In this document: piece after piece, positions 12,097 to 21,360 of the stretch | How positions within the stretch are numbered: the stretch's first letter is position 1 | Layout of the letters: each line of letters opens with the position of its first letter | NCBI RefSeq assembly: GCF_000023205.1 | Contig: NC_012803.1 | Span: 420,001 to 452,000 of the forward strand | Source of the DNA: Micrococcus luteus NCTC 2665 | GTDB lineage: Bacteria; Actinomycetota; Actinomycetes; Actinomycetales; Micrococcaceae | DNA length: 32,000 nucleotides | Direction of reading: 5' to 3' | The notes under the pieces: generated by a model | What the model saw: only the letters and a program-made list of their open reading frames with translations | Databases searched by the model: none | Told to the model about the DNA's origin: nothing | Made by a program: the position numbers and the translations under genes

Positions 12097-14571
12097 GTGA
12101 GCACCTCGACCGTCCGTTCCGCCCCCGCGTCCACCTACCGGCTCCAGGTCAGCCCGGATCTGCCGCTGGAGTCCGTGGCCGGGCTCGTGCCCTATCTGCG
12201 GCGCCTGGGCGTGGACTGGCTCTACCTCTCGCCGCTGCTCGAGGCCGAGCCCGGCTCCGACCACGGGTACGACGTCGTGGACCCCACGCGGCTGGACGCC
12301 GCCCGCGGCGGGGCCGAGGGACTGGACGCGGTCGCGCGCGCCGCGCACGAGGCGGGCATGGGCGTGCTCGTCGACATCGTGCCGAACCACGTGGGCGTGG
12401 CCACGCCCCAGGCCAATCCGGCGTGGTGGGACGTGCTCACCCACGGTCCCGAGGCGGCGCATGCGGCGTGGTTCGACGTGGACTGGGCGGCCGGCGGCGG
12501 GTCTCTGCTCATCCCCGTCCTGGGGGACGGTCCTGACGGGGACGCGGACGCGGAGCTGAACCGTCTCGTCGTCGACGAGGGTCGCCTGCGCTACTGGGAC
12601 AACGTCTACCCCCTCGCCCCCGGATCGCTCGAGGCGGCCGAGGCGGAGACCGGGCTGCGCGCCGCGGAGGTCTTCGCGGAGGCGGACCCGGCGAAGGAGC
12701 CGACCGCGGAGCAGGCCCGCCTGGCCCGCGCCGTGCACGAGCGCCAGCACTACCGGCTGGTCGGCTGGCGCCGCGGCGACGCCGAGCTGAACTACCGCCG
12801 CTTCTTCACCGTCACCACGCTCGCGGGCGTCCGGGTGGACGAGCCCGAGGTCTTCGACGCCGTCCATGCCGAACCCGCCCGCTGGGTCCGCGAAGGGCTC
12901 GTGGACGGGCTGCGCGTGGACCACCCGGACGGCCTGGCGGACCCGGCCGGCTACGCGCGACGCCTGCGCTCCCACGTGCTCCCGGAGGGCTACCTCGTGG
13001 TGGAGAAGATCCTCGAGCCCGGTGAGGCGCTGCCCGCGGACTGGCCCGTGGACGGGACCACCGGCTACGACGCGCTCGGCGAGGTCGAACGCGTCTTCAT
13101 GCACCCCGACGCCGCGGGCGATGCGGCCGAGGACGCGCGCCGTCGTCGGGAGTGGGACGAGGCCGTGGTGCGGGCCAAGCACGACGTGGCCACCGGCTCC
13201 CTCGCGGCCGAGACCGCCCGGCTGGTCCGGGAGGTCCGCGCCGTGCACGCCCTCGGTGCCCACCCGGACGAGGACGTGGCCGCCGCGTTCGCCGCCGTGC
13301 TGGCCCGCCTGCCCGTGTACCGCACCTACCTGCCCGTGGGCCTGGCCGTGCTCGAGGGCGCGCTGGCGGACGCGGCCGAGGCGGAGCCGGGCCTCGCCGA
13401 CGTGCTCGGCGACCTGCGGCCCGAGCTGACCGACCCGGACTCGCCCGTGGCCCGCCGGTTCCAGCAGACCTCCGGCATGGTGATGGCCAAGGGCGTCGAG
13501 GACCGGTCCTTCTACCGGTACACCCGGTGGGCCAATCTGAACGAGGTCGGCGGAGACCCCTCCCACGTCGCCCTGTCCCTGGCCGACTTCCACGCCGCCC
13601 AGCAGGCGCGCCAGGCCGCCTGGCCGACGGCCATGACCACCCTGAGCACCCATGACACCAAGCGCGGCGAGGACGTGCGCGCCCGCATCGCCGTGCTCGC
13701 CGAGGAGCCCGACCGCTGGGCCGCCGAGCTCGCGGAGCTCAGGCGCCTCCACCCGCTCGGCCACCCCGACGCGGAGCGGCTGCTCTGGGAGTCCATCGTG
13801 GGGGTCTGGCCGACGGACGGCACCGCGCCGGGGGAGGAGCGGATCCTCGGCTTCCTGCAGAAGGCCTCCCGCGAGGCGGCCCTGGCCACCACCTGGACGG
13901 ACCAGGACCCCGAGTTCGAGGCCCGGCTCGCCGCGCTCGCCGCCGCCGTCACCTCCCCCGAGGGGCCTGCCCGGGGTGTGCTCCAGGCCGTCGCGGACCG
14001 CATCGCCGAGCCCGGCCTGGTGGTCCAGCTCGGCCACAAGCTCGTCCAGCTCGCCGCCCCCGGCGTCCCCGACGTCTACCAGGGCACGGAGGTGCCCTTC
14101 CCCACCCTCGTGGACCCGGACAACCGCCGCCCCGTGGACTTCGCGGCCCGGGCCGACCTGCTGGACCGCCTCGACGCCGGCCACACGCCCGGCCTCGACG
14201 ACCCCGCCGCCGCCAAGCTGGCCGTCGTGGCCGGCGTGCTGCGCACCCGCCGCGACCGGCCCGAGCTGTTCACCGGCCACCGCCCCCTCGACGTCTCCGG
14301 CCCCGCCGCCGAGCACGCGATCGCGTTCGACCGGGGCGGGGCGCTCGCCGTGGCCACCCGCTGGCCCGTCCGCCTGGCGGCCGCGGGCGGCTGGGGCGAG
14401 ACCGTCCTGACCGTGCCGGCCGGGCGGTGGGAGGACGCCGTCACCGGCCACCCCGTCCACCCGGACGCGCGCGGCGCCGTGCGCCTCGACGAACTGCTCA
14501 GCACCCTGCCCGTCGCGCTGCTCGTCCCGGCGCACGCCCCGTCCGACCGCCGAGAGAGGACCGCCCCGTGA
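12097..14571 (+). CDS. treY: Malto-oligosyltrehalose synthase
   Basis: The N-terminus STYRLQVSPDLPL...YLRRLGVDWLYLSPLLEAEPGSDHGYDVVDP and the block VDIVPNH are TreY hallmarks. The length is about 824 aa and the start is GTG. Confidence 0.9.
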   Translation: MSTSTVRSAPASTYRLQVSPDLPLESVAGLVPYLRRLGVDWLYLSPLLEAEPGSDHGYDVVDPTRLDAARGGAEGLDAVARAAHEAGMGVLVDIVPNHVGVATPQANPAWWDVLTHGPEAAHAAWFDVDWAAGGGSLLIPVLGDGPDGDADAELNRLVVDEGRLRYWDNVYPLAPGSLEAAEAETGLRAAEVFAEADPAKEPTAEQARLARAVHERQHYRLVGWRRGDAELNYRRFFTVTTLAGVRVDEPEVFDAVHAEPARWVREGLVDGLRVDHPDGLADPAGYARRLRSHVLPEGYLVVEKILEPGEALPADWPVDGTTGYDALGEVERVFMHPDAAGDAAEDARRRREWDEAVVRAKHDVATGSLAAETARLVREVRAVHALGAHPDEDVAAAFAAVLARLPVYRTYLPVGLAVLEGALADAAEAEPGLADVLGDLRPELTDPDSPVARRFQQTSGMVMAKGVEDRSFYRYTRWANLNEVGGDPSHVALSLADFHAAQQARQAAWPTAMTTLSTHDTKRGEDVRARIAVLAEEPDRWAAELAELRRLHPLGHPDAERLLWESIVGVWPTDGTAPGEERILGFLQKASREAALATTWTDQDPEFEARLAALAAAVTSPEGPARGVLQAVADRIAEPGLVVQLGHKLVQLAAPGVPDVYQGTEVPFPTLVDPDNRRPVDFAARADLLDRLDAGHTPGLDDPAAAKLAVVAGVLRTRRDRPELFTGHRPLDVSGPAAEHAIAFDRGGALAVATRWPVRLAAAGGWGETVLTVPAGRWEDAVTGHPVHPDARGAVRLDELLSTLPVALLVPAHAPSDRRERTAP

Positions 14572-16559
14572 CCGAGCCCCGTCCGGTCGACGCCCCCGCC
14601 CCGGGCCTGCACCCGATCGGCTCCGATCCCGTGGACCCCGCCGCGGCGGAGCGGGCCGCTGTCGACGCCGCGCGCGCCGTCCCCTACGCCGTGTGGGCGC
14701 CGCACGCCGAGAGCGTCGACCTCGTCCTCGTCGACACCGAGCCCGGCGCCCTGCACGACGCCGAGGACCGCTGGCCCGTCGCCGCCGTCGTGCCCATGGA
14801 CCCCGCCGCCGGAGGCTGGTGGACGCCCACGGAGGACCCGCTGGCCGCCCTCGGCCTCGACGCCGCCCAGCCGTCGGCCGACCCCGGCTACGGCTACCGC
14901 GTGGACGGGGCGGACCCCGTGCCGGACCCCCGCTCCCGCCGCCAGCCCGACACGGTCCACGGGCCCTCCCGCCGCGACGTCGCCGGCCGCGTCTTCACGT
15001 GGCCGGACGAGGGCTGGGCCGGGCCGCCCGGGGTGGAGTCCGATCCGGCCGCGCCCCAGGGCGGCGGCCTGCGCGGTGCCGTCCTGTACGAGCTGCACCT
15101 GGGGACCTTCACGGCCGAGGGGACCCTCGACGCCGCCATCGCCCGCCTCCCGCACCTGACGGACCTCGGGGTCACCCACGTCGAACTGTTGCCCGTGAAC
15201 TCCTTCTCCGGGCCGCGGAACTGGGGCTACGACGGGGTGGCGTGGTTCGCCGTGGACGAGTCCTACGGCGGCCCCGCCGCCTACCGCCGCTTCGTGGCCG
15301 CCGCCCACGCCGCCGGCCTCGGCGTGGTCCAGGACGTCGTGCACAACCACCTGGGCCCCTCCGGCAACTACCTGCCGGTGTTCGGGCCGTATCTGGGCCC
15401 GGGCGGCACCGGCTGGGGCGACGGCCTGAACCTGGACGGCGCCGACTCGGACGAGGTGCGCCGGTTCGTCCTGGACAACGTCCGCTTCTGGCTCGAGGAG
15501 ATGCGTGTGGACGGGCTGCGCCTCGACGCGGTGCATGCCCTGCGGGACACCCGCGCCGTGCACCTGCTCGAGGAGATGGCCGCGCTCGCGGACGGGATCG
15601 CGGCCCGTGCCGGCCGACCCGTGCCCCTCCTGGCCGAGTCGGACCTCAACGACCCGCGTCTGGTGCTGCCCCGCCACGCCGGCGGGCTCGGCCTCGCCGC
15701 GGCCTGGAACGACGATGTCCACCACGCCCTGCACGTGGCCGCGACGGGGGAGACCCACGGCTACTACGCGGACTTCGCCCCGCTGGAGGCGGTGGCCAAG
15801 GTCATGGAGCGCACCTACTTCCACGACGGCACTCGCTCCACCTTCCGCGGCCGCGACCACGGGCGCCCCGTGCCGGACGCCGTCCCGAACCATGCGTGGG
15901 TGGCCAGCATCCAGAACCACGACCAGGTGGGCAACCGCGCCGGTGGCGACCGCACCGCTGCCGCCCTGTCCGAGGGTGCGCTCGCGGCCGAGGCCGCCCT
16001 GCTGCTGACCGGCCCGCACGTGCCGATGCTCTTCATGGGCGAGGAGTTCGCGGCCCCGACGCCGTGGCCGTTCTTCACCTCGTTCCGCGAGCCCGAGCTC
16101 GGGGACGCCGTCCGGCAGGGCCGACGCCGCGAGTTCGCCGCCCACGGCTGGGATCCGGCCGACGTCCCCGACCCGCAGGACCCCGCCACGCGGGACGCGG
16201 CGGTGCTGGACTGGGCGGAGGCCGCGGACGGCGCGGACGGCCAGGGCCGCGGGGTGCGCGTGCTCGCCGCCTACCGCACCCTGATCGGCCTGCGCCGCAC
16301 GCTGCCCCAGCTCACCGACCCTCGCCGCGACCGCGTCCGGGCCGAGGTGGACGCGGCCCGGCGCCACGTGCGCCTCACCCGCGCCGGCGAGGACGCCGAC
16401 GTCGTCCTGCTCGTCGCCCTCGGCGCGGAGCCGCTGCCCGTGCCCGCGGACCTGACGCGGGCGGAGCTGCTCGCCGGCCACGGCGACCACGGCCCGCTCG
16501 GCCCCGGCACGGTGCCGGCGGCGGTCCCGGCCCCCGGCTTCCTGCTCCTGCGCCGCTGA
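14568..16559 (+). CDS. treZ: Malto-oligosyltrehalose trehalohydrolase
   Basis: The GTG at 14568 overlaps the treY stop (GTGA), with the RBS gagagagga upstream. TreZ/GH13 blocks are present: YELHLGTFTAEGT, NWGYDGV, DVVHNHLGPSGNY and GLRLDAVHAL. Confidence 0.9.
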   Translation: MTEPRPVDAPAPGLHPIGSDPVDPAAAERAAVDAARAVPYAVWAPHAESVDLVLVDTEPGALHDAEDRWPVAAVVPMDPAAGGWWTPTEDPLAALGLDAAQPSADPGYGYRVDGADPVPDPRSRRQPDTVHGPSRRDVAGRVFTWPDEGWAGPPGVESDPAAPQGGGLRGAVLYELHLGTFTAEGTLDAAIARLPHLTDLGVTHVELLPVNSFSGPRNWGYDGVAWFAVDESYGGPAAYRRFVAAAHAAGLGVVQDVVHNHLGPSGNYLPVFGPYLGPGGTGWGDGLNLDGADSDEVRRFVLDNVRFWLEEMRVDGLRLDAVHALRDTRAVHLLEEMAALADGIAARAGRPVPLLAESDLNDPRLVLPRHAGGLGLAAAWNDDVHHALHVAATGETHGYYADFAPLEAVAKVMERTYFHDGTRSTFRGRDHGRPVPDAVPNHAWVASIQNHDQVGNRAGGDRTAAALSEGALAAEAALLLTGPHVPMLFMGEEFAAPTPWPFFTSFREPELGDAVRQGRRREFAAHGWDPADVPDPQDPATRDAAVLDWAEAADGADGQGRGVRVLAAYRTLIGLRRTLPQLTDPRRDRVRAEVDAARRHVRLTRAGEDADVVLLVALGAEPLPVPADLTRAELLAGHGDHGPLGPGTVPAAVPAPGFLLLRR

Positions 16560-16572
16560 GCCGCGTCCGGCG

Positions 16573-17874
16573 TCAGTCCGCGTCCGCGGGCGGGACGGCG
16601 AGCAGCATGGTGGTCGTGGGGTGCAGTGCCACCGCGTCCTCGTCGCGGCGGGCCCGCAGCACCGTGTCCACGTAGGAGTCCACCGCCTCCTGCAGGGGCA
16701 CGGCCTGGCCGCGGGCCTCGGAGAGGTACCAGCGGTGCTCGAGGAGCTGGTGCATCACCTCGGCGGGCTCGAGCTTGGCCCGCAGCTCAAGGGGCACCGA
16801 GCGGACCACGGGGTCGAACACCTCCACCACCCAGCGGTGCGCCGCAGCCTCGATGTCCATGTACGGGTCCCACTCCCGGCGGGCGGCCTCGATGTCGACG
16901 AGCAGCCGCCGGGCCTGGTTCTCCTGGACTTCGAGTCCCGTGAGGCGGGTCAGCCGACGGCGGTGGTAGCCCGCGTGGATCTCGACGGGTCGGGCGATCA
17001 TCATCCCGGGGGCGTCGGCGGCGCGCAGTGAGTACTCGGCCAGCTCGAAGCCGAGCTCCTGCAGGCGGCGGACGCGGCGGTCCAGGCGCCACGGCTCGGC
17101 GCGGGGGAACAGCAGGGGCCCGGTCAGCTCGTCCCACAGCCGCCGGTAGGACGCCACGAGCAGGTCCGGCGTGGTGACGGGGTCCACCTCCGGGTCCAGC
17201 AGCCCGCTGGCCTGCAGGTCCAGCAGCTCACCGCCCACGTTCACGGCGGCCACGTCCAGGTCGTGCTCGCGCTGGCCGTTGGACAGCCGCTCCCGCAGCT
17301 CGCCTGTCTCGGCGTCCACCAGGTGAGCGGCGAACCCGCCCGCGTCCCGCCGGAACAGGACGTTGGACAGGGAGACGTCACCCCAGAAGAACCCCTCGAG
17401 GTGCAGTTCCACGAGCAGCGTCGCCAGCGCGTCCATAAGGCGCACGAGGGTGCGGCGCTCGAGGCGCTCCGAGAACACGGCGCGGTACGGCAGGGAGAAG
17501 CGCAGGTGCCGGGTCACGAGGGCGGCGGGCAGGGGCGTGCCGTCGTCCTCCGTGCGTCCGGTGACCACGGCCACCGGCACCACCGACGGCGCCGGGCTCC
17601 GCTCGAGCCGGCGCAGCAGCCGGTACTCGTGGAACGCGAGTTCTTCAGTGGTCTCCTTCACCGCCACGATGCCCCCGCCCATCCGGGCGAAGCGCACCAC
17701 GTGACGGGAGATGCCCCGCGGCAGGGCCGCCAGCACCTCACGCGGCCACGTCTCGAGGGGGAGCGCCCAGGGCAGGGCGAGCAGAGACGTCGCCGGGTCC
17801 TCGGTCGCGTCCCCCGACGGGGCGCCCGTGATGGTCAGTCGATCGACGGGGGAGGGGGTCTCGGCGGTGTCCAT
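16573..17874 (-). CDS. DUF4032 domain protein with an N-terminal RIO/Kdo-kinase-like fold
   Basis: The ATG at 17874 has the RBS aaagga. The motifs are IVAVKE (ATP lysine), WGDVSLSNVLF (catalytic-loop-like) and HLVDAET (metal-binding-like). It has a long helical C-terminal half. Confidence 0.7.
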   Translation of the reverse strand: MDTAETPSPVDRLTITGAPSGDATEDPATSLLALPWALPLETWPREVLAALPRGISRHVVRFARMGGGIVAVKETTEELAFHEYRLLRRLERSPAPSVVPVAVVTGRTEDDGTPLPAALVTRHLRFSLPYRAVFSERLERRTLVRLMDALATLLVELHLEGFFWGDVSLSNVLFRRDAGGFAAHLVDAETGELRERLSNGQREHDLDVAAVNVGGELLDLQASGLLDPEVDPVTTPDLLVASYRRLWDELTGPLLFPRAEPWRLDRRVRRLQELGFELAEYSLRAADAPGMMIARPVEIHAGYHRRRLTRLTGLEVQENQARRLLVDIEAARREWDPYMDIEAAAHRWVVEVFDPVVRSVPLELRAKLEPAEVMHQLLEHRWYLSEARGQAVPLQEAVDSYVDTVLRARRDEDAVALHPTTTMLLAVPPADAD

Positions 17875-17981
17875 GGTCACGATCCTTTCAGACAGGGCCG
17901 CTATGCTCGCCTGGCGCGGCGCGCCCGCTGCCCGCCGGCTCCGGTGCTCGACCCGGACCGACTGCCCCACGAGGAGGACCC

Positions 17982-18854
17982 TTGGCCCGGAACACGTCAG
18001 GCTCGCACACCTCGGCGACGGACGCTCGTGCGCGTGCCCGCCAGATCCAGGAGGAGCAGCGCAGGAAGGACAGTCGCCGCCGCACCGGCGTCATCTGGGG
18101 CTCGGTCCTCGCGGTGGTGCTCGTGATCGGCCTCGTCGTCGCGTTCGTGCTCAACCGCAACGGCGACGACGCCGCGGCCGCCGGCCCCATCCCCGCCGTG
18201 GCGAACGAGCAGGGCGGCATCGAGTTGACCTCGGCCACGGACCTGGCGGAGGGCGCGGGAGAACGCGAGGTCGACCCCTCGAAGATCGAGGTGCCGAAGC
18301 AGGCCGCGAGCTCTCAGCCCGAGACCCTGCCGAACACCGAGGCCCGTGGTGACGGTGAGCCGACGCGGATCGTGCTCTACGAGGACTTCAACTGCGTGCA
18401 CTGCGCGGACTTCGAGTCCACCAACGGGGACCAGATCGAGCAGTGGCTCGAGCAGGGCGAGGTCACGGTCGAGTACCGGATGGTGGACTACCTGAGCGCC
18501 CCGAACAACCAGAACTACTCGGCCCGCGCCGCCAACGCCGCGTACTGCGTGGCGGACCAGAAGCCCGAGGCCTACAACGGCTTCGTGTCCGCCCTGTTCG
18601 CCGCCTACGACGAGCACCAGGGCAAGGGCCTGGACAACGCGGCGCTCACGCAGCTCGCGCAGGAGCACGGCGCGGACATCGCCTCCTGCGTCGAGGACGG
18701 CACGTTCCGCTCCGCGGTCGAGTACACCACCCGCCAGGCGCGCGCCGCCGGCGTGGCCGGCACCCCCACCGTGTTCGTGGACGGGAAGAACTGGGCGCTC
18801 GACGGCGAGGACAAGACCTTCATCGACTGGGCGGGCGCCAAGATCGCCGGCTGA
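17982..18854 (+). CDS. DsbA-family thiol:disulfide oxidoreductase, membrane anchored
   Basis: The TTG start is preceded by GAGGAGGA. There is an N-terminal TM helix and a thioredoxin-fold CVHC active site in YEDFNCVHCADFE, plus GTPTVFVDG. Confidence 0.8.
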   Translation: MARNTSGSHTSATDARARARQIQEEQRRKDSRRRTGVIWGSVLAVVLVIGLVVAFVLNRNGDDAAAAGPIPAVANEQGGIELTSATDLAEGAGEREVDPSKIEVPKQAASSQPETLPNTEARGDGEPTRIVLYEDFNCVHCADFESTNGDQIEQWLEQGEVTVEYRMVDYLSAPNNQNYSARAANAAYCVADQKPEAYNGFVSALFAAYDEHQGKGLDNAALTQLAQEHGADIASCVEDGTFRSAVEYTTRQARAAGVAGTPTVFVDGKNWALDGEDKTFIDWAGAKIAG

Positions 18855-18870
18855 CCCGGCGCCGAGGTCC

Positions 18871-18900
18871 GCGGGGCGTCCCCACGCGGGGACGCCCCGC
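18871..18900 (+). terminator. Terminator hairpin after the DsbA-like gene
   Basis: A perfect 13-bp stem gcggggcgtcccc / ggggacgccccgc has a 4-nt loop. Confidence 0.65.
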
Positions 18901-18964
18901 GTCGTCCGCCCGGGCCTTGTACGCTGGGAGGGTCGGCCGCGGCGCCCCCGGGCGCCGGCCGCAG

Positions 18965-19041
18965 GCCTCCTTAGCTCAGCTGGCCAGAGCAGCTGCCTTG
19001 TAAACAGCAGGTCGCCGGTTCGAATCCGGCAGGGGGCTCCA
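18965..19041 (+). tRNA. tRNA-Thr (anticodon TGT), CCA encoded
   Basis: A hand-folded cloverleaf fits. The acceptor is gcctcct/agggggc, the anticodon loop is ctTGTaa, and the T-loop is ttcgaat. Length is 77 nt. Confidence 0.93.
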
Positions 19042-19055
19042 CCCCACCGCGGGCC

Positions 19056-19098
19056 CGACGGCGCCGCGCACCTCCGCCGGGAGGGCGCGGCGCCGTCG
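19056..19098 (+). terminator. Strong hairpin after tRNA-Thr
   Basis: A 14-bp stem cgacggcgccgcgc / gcgcggcgccgtcg is extended by cctcc/ggagg around loop gccg. Confidence 0.65.
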
Positions 19099-19316
19099 TC
19101 GTGTCCGGCGCGGGCCGACGCTGGGGTGCCGCTGTGCGCGCCCCGACCATCCGCCCGGCCCGGCTGGCGGAACCGCGAGAGATGCCTCGACCATCCGCCA
19201 GACTTCGGCCCGCGGCCTCGCCGTGACGGAATCGTGACCCTACCGTGAGCTCAGTCACCCTGGCCCGAGCCCCTCGGGCGCCCGCATCCGGTGACCCAGA
19301 ACTCCGAGGAGATCCC

Positions 19317-21242
19317 GTGCAGTCCTCCACACCCCGCAGCACCCGCCGCCGCATCGGCGCCCTCGTGGCCGGCGCCGTCCTCGCCGGCGGGACCCTGACC
19401 TCGTCCCCCGCGCTCGCGGCCCCCTCCGGCGGCGCCCCCGCCGCACCGGCAGCGAGCCCGACCGCCGCCTCACCCCTGGCGGCGGCGCAGGCCGAGGACC
19501 CGAACGCAGACGGCTACGACTCCTTCATCGTCACCTACAAGGAAACCGCCGCCAATGCCCACGCGAAGGGCCGCGCGAACGCCTGGGGCAAGGCCGCGAA
19601 GGAGGCCGGCGTCTCCGTGAAGGAGCTGCGTGAGACCGCGCTCGGCTCCCGCGTGATCACGGCGGACCGCAAGCTGGACCAGGCCGAGTCCGCGAAGTTC
19701 ATGGCCGACCTGAAGGCCTCCGGGGCGGTCGAGGCCGTGGAGCCGGACGCGATCCTCACCGCCACCGGCCTGAGCCCCGTGGACGCCCTCTACTCGCAGC
19801 AGTGGGGCTTCACCGGCACCCACGGCATGCGGGTCCCCGGAACGTGGGACCGCACGACGGGCTCCGGTGCGACCGTGGCCGTCATCGACACCGGCATCAC
19901 CTCCCACCCGGATCTCGACCGCAACGTCGTGCCCGGCTACGACTTCATCTCCGACAGCACGGCGGCACGTGACGGCGGTGGCCGCGACTCCAATCCGCGC
20001 GACGAGGGCGACTGGTACGCCGCCGGCGAGTGCGGCACCGCCGGCGCCTCCGACTCCTCGTGGCACGGCTCCCACGTGGCGGGCACCGTCGCGGCCGTGG
20101 CCGACTCCCAGGGCGTCGTCGGTGTGGCGCCGAACGCGAAGATCCAGCCGATCCGCGTGCTCGGCAGGTGCGGCGGCTCGCTGTCCGACATCGCCGACGC
20201 GGTCGTGTGGGCCGCCGGCGGCACCGTGGCGGGCGTGCCGGCCAACCCGAACCCGGCGGACGTCATCAACATGTCCCTCGGTGGCTCCGGCGTGTGCGGC
20301 ACCACCTACCAGAACGCGATCAACGCGGCCGTCTCCCGCGGCGTGCCCGTCGTCGTGGCCGCGGGCAACGAGAACCAGCCCGCCGCCAACGTGCGCCCGG
20401 CCAACTGCCGGAACACCATCGTGGTGGCTGCCTCCACCTCGCAGGGCGCCCGCGCCTCGTTCTCGAACTACGGCTCCGCCGTGGACGTGACCGCCCCGGG
20501 CGCGAACATCATCTCGACCGTGAACAACGGCGCCACCACCCCGACGACGGCCGGCCACGCCGCCTACAACGGCACCTCGATGGCCACCCCGCACGTCGCG
20601 GGCCTGGCCGGTCTGCTGCTGGCCACGAAGCCCAGCCTCACCCCGGCCCAGGTCGAATCCACCCTCACGTCCACGGCCCGCTCCATGCCGGTGACCTGCT
20701 CCGCGGGCTGCGGCGCCGGCCTGGCGGACGCCACCGCGGCGGTCTCCTCCCTCGGCGGCGCCCAGACGGAGCCCGAGCCGACCCCCGCGGCCTCGTCGAT
20801 CGTCAACGGCGGCTTCGAGTCCGGCAGCACCGGCTGGACCGGCACCCCGGCCGGCTTCGCGCGCACGGACGCGGGCAAGGCCGCCTCGGGTCAGGCCTTC
20901 GCCCAGCTGAACGGCGTGGGCCGCCGGAGCACCGCGACGGTCGAGCAGAAGGTCACCGTGCCGGCCTCCGGCGCCACCCTGACCTATGCGCTGCAGGTGG
21001 ACACCGCGGAGACCACCGCCTCCCGCGCCTACGACCGCCTGGACGTCCAGGTCGTGGGCGGCACCACGGGCACGTCCACCGTCGCCGCGCACTCCAACCT
21101 GGACAGGGGCGGCTACGCCACGCACACCGTGGACCTGTCCCGCTTCGCGGGCACGACCGTGACACTGCGCTTCCGCGGCACGGAGGACTCCACCGCGGCC
21201 ACGACGTTCCGCATCGACGAGGTCGCCGTGACCCCGCGCTGA
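19317..21242 (+). CDS. Secreted S8 (subtilisin-like) serine peptidase with an N-terminal I9-type propeptide and a C-terminal beta-sandwich-like domain
   Basis: The catalytic triad blocks are VIDTGI (Asp), HGSHVAGT (His) and GTSMATPHVAG (Ser). The GTG at 19317 follows GAGGAG. The signal STRRRIGALVAGAVLAGG is Tat/Sec-like. The start could instead be 19245. Confidence 0.88.
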   Translation: MQSSTPRSTRRRIGALVAGAVLAGGTLTSSPALAAPSGGAPAAPAASPTAASPLAAAQAEDPNADGYDSFIVTYKETAANAHAKGRANAWGKAAKEAGVSVKELRETALGSRVITADRKLDQAESAKFMADLKASGAVEAVEPDAILTATGLSPVDALYSQQWGFTGTHGMRVPGTWDRTTGSGATVAVIDTGITSHPDLDRNVVPGYDFISDSTAARDGGGRDSNPRDEGDWYAAGECGTAGASDSSWHGSHVAGTVAAVADSQGVVGVAPNAKIQPIRVLGRCGGSLSDIADAVVWAAGGTVAGVPANPNPADVINMSLGGSGVCGTTYQNAINAAVSRGVPVVVAAGNENQPAANVRPANCRNTIVVAASTSQGARASFSNYGSAVDVTAPGANIISTVNNGATTPTTAGHAAYNGTSMATPHVAGLAGLLLATKPSLTPAQVESTLTSTARSMPVTCSAGCGAGLADATAAVSSLGGAQTEPEPTPAASSIVNGGFESGSTGWTGTPAGFARTDAGKAASGQAFAQLNGVGRRSTATVEQKVTVPASGATLTYALQVDTAETTASRAYDRLDVQVVGGTTGTSTVAAHSNLDRGGYATHTVDLSRFAGTTVTLRFRGTEDSTAATTFRIDEVAVTPR

Positions 21243-21257
21243 CCTCCCCTCCGGCCT

Positions 21258-21292
21258 CGACGGCCGCTCCGCCGTGCGCGGGGCGGTCGTCG
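21258..21292 (+). terminator. Hairpin after the S8 peptidase gene
   Basis: A 15-bp stem cgacggccgctccgc / gcggggcggtcgtcg includes two G-U pairs. Confidence 0.5.
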
Positions 21293-21298
21293 CCCGGG

Positions 21299-21327
21299 TG
21301 GACAGGCGGTGCCACCTGAGGTATCGT
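21299..21327 (+). promoter_or_regulatory. Putative promoter for tRNA-Val
   Basis: TGGACA (21299-21304), a 17-nt spacer, then TATCGT (21322-21327). This is about 30 nt upstream of the tRNA. Confidence 0.45.
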
Positions 21328-21360
21328 TCTTCGAGTTGTCACCCCCATGGGGCGACGCCC

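Noticed and set aside
10400-16490. Very long minus-strand ORFs (10400..11986, 11845..14535, 14076..16490) antisense to the AKR, treY and treZ genes.
   Set aside because: The translations are Gly/Arg/Pro/Val-rich with no domain-like motifs. They mirror real genes that have clear family signatures on the other strand. Stop-free antisense frames are expected at this GC content.
16557-16575. Both convergent gene pairs (treZ/DUF4032 and ThrE/ung at 23503-23521) have exactly 13-nt GC-rich spacers framed by CTGA...TCAGTC.
   Set aside because: The inverted symmetry is simply two facing TGA stop codons. The spacers themselves share no meaningful sequence. It is most likely coincidence.
18900-18964. 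A possible promoter for tRNA-Thr (TTGTAC or TACGCT around 18917-18926).
   Set aside because: No hexamer pair with acceptable spacing could be found. It is too weak to annotate.
19470-21125. A 551-aa ORF antisense to the S8 peptidase gene. Similar cases are 25860..27326 (antisense to groEL) and 28984..30942 / 30569..31900 (antisense to the HK and RR genes).
   Set aside because: Same reasoning as above: the opposite strand carries unmistakable catalytic-triad, GroEL or two-component motifs.
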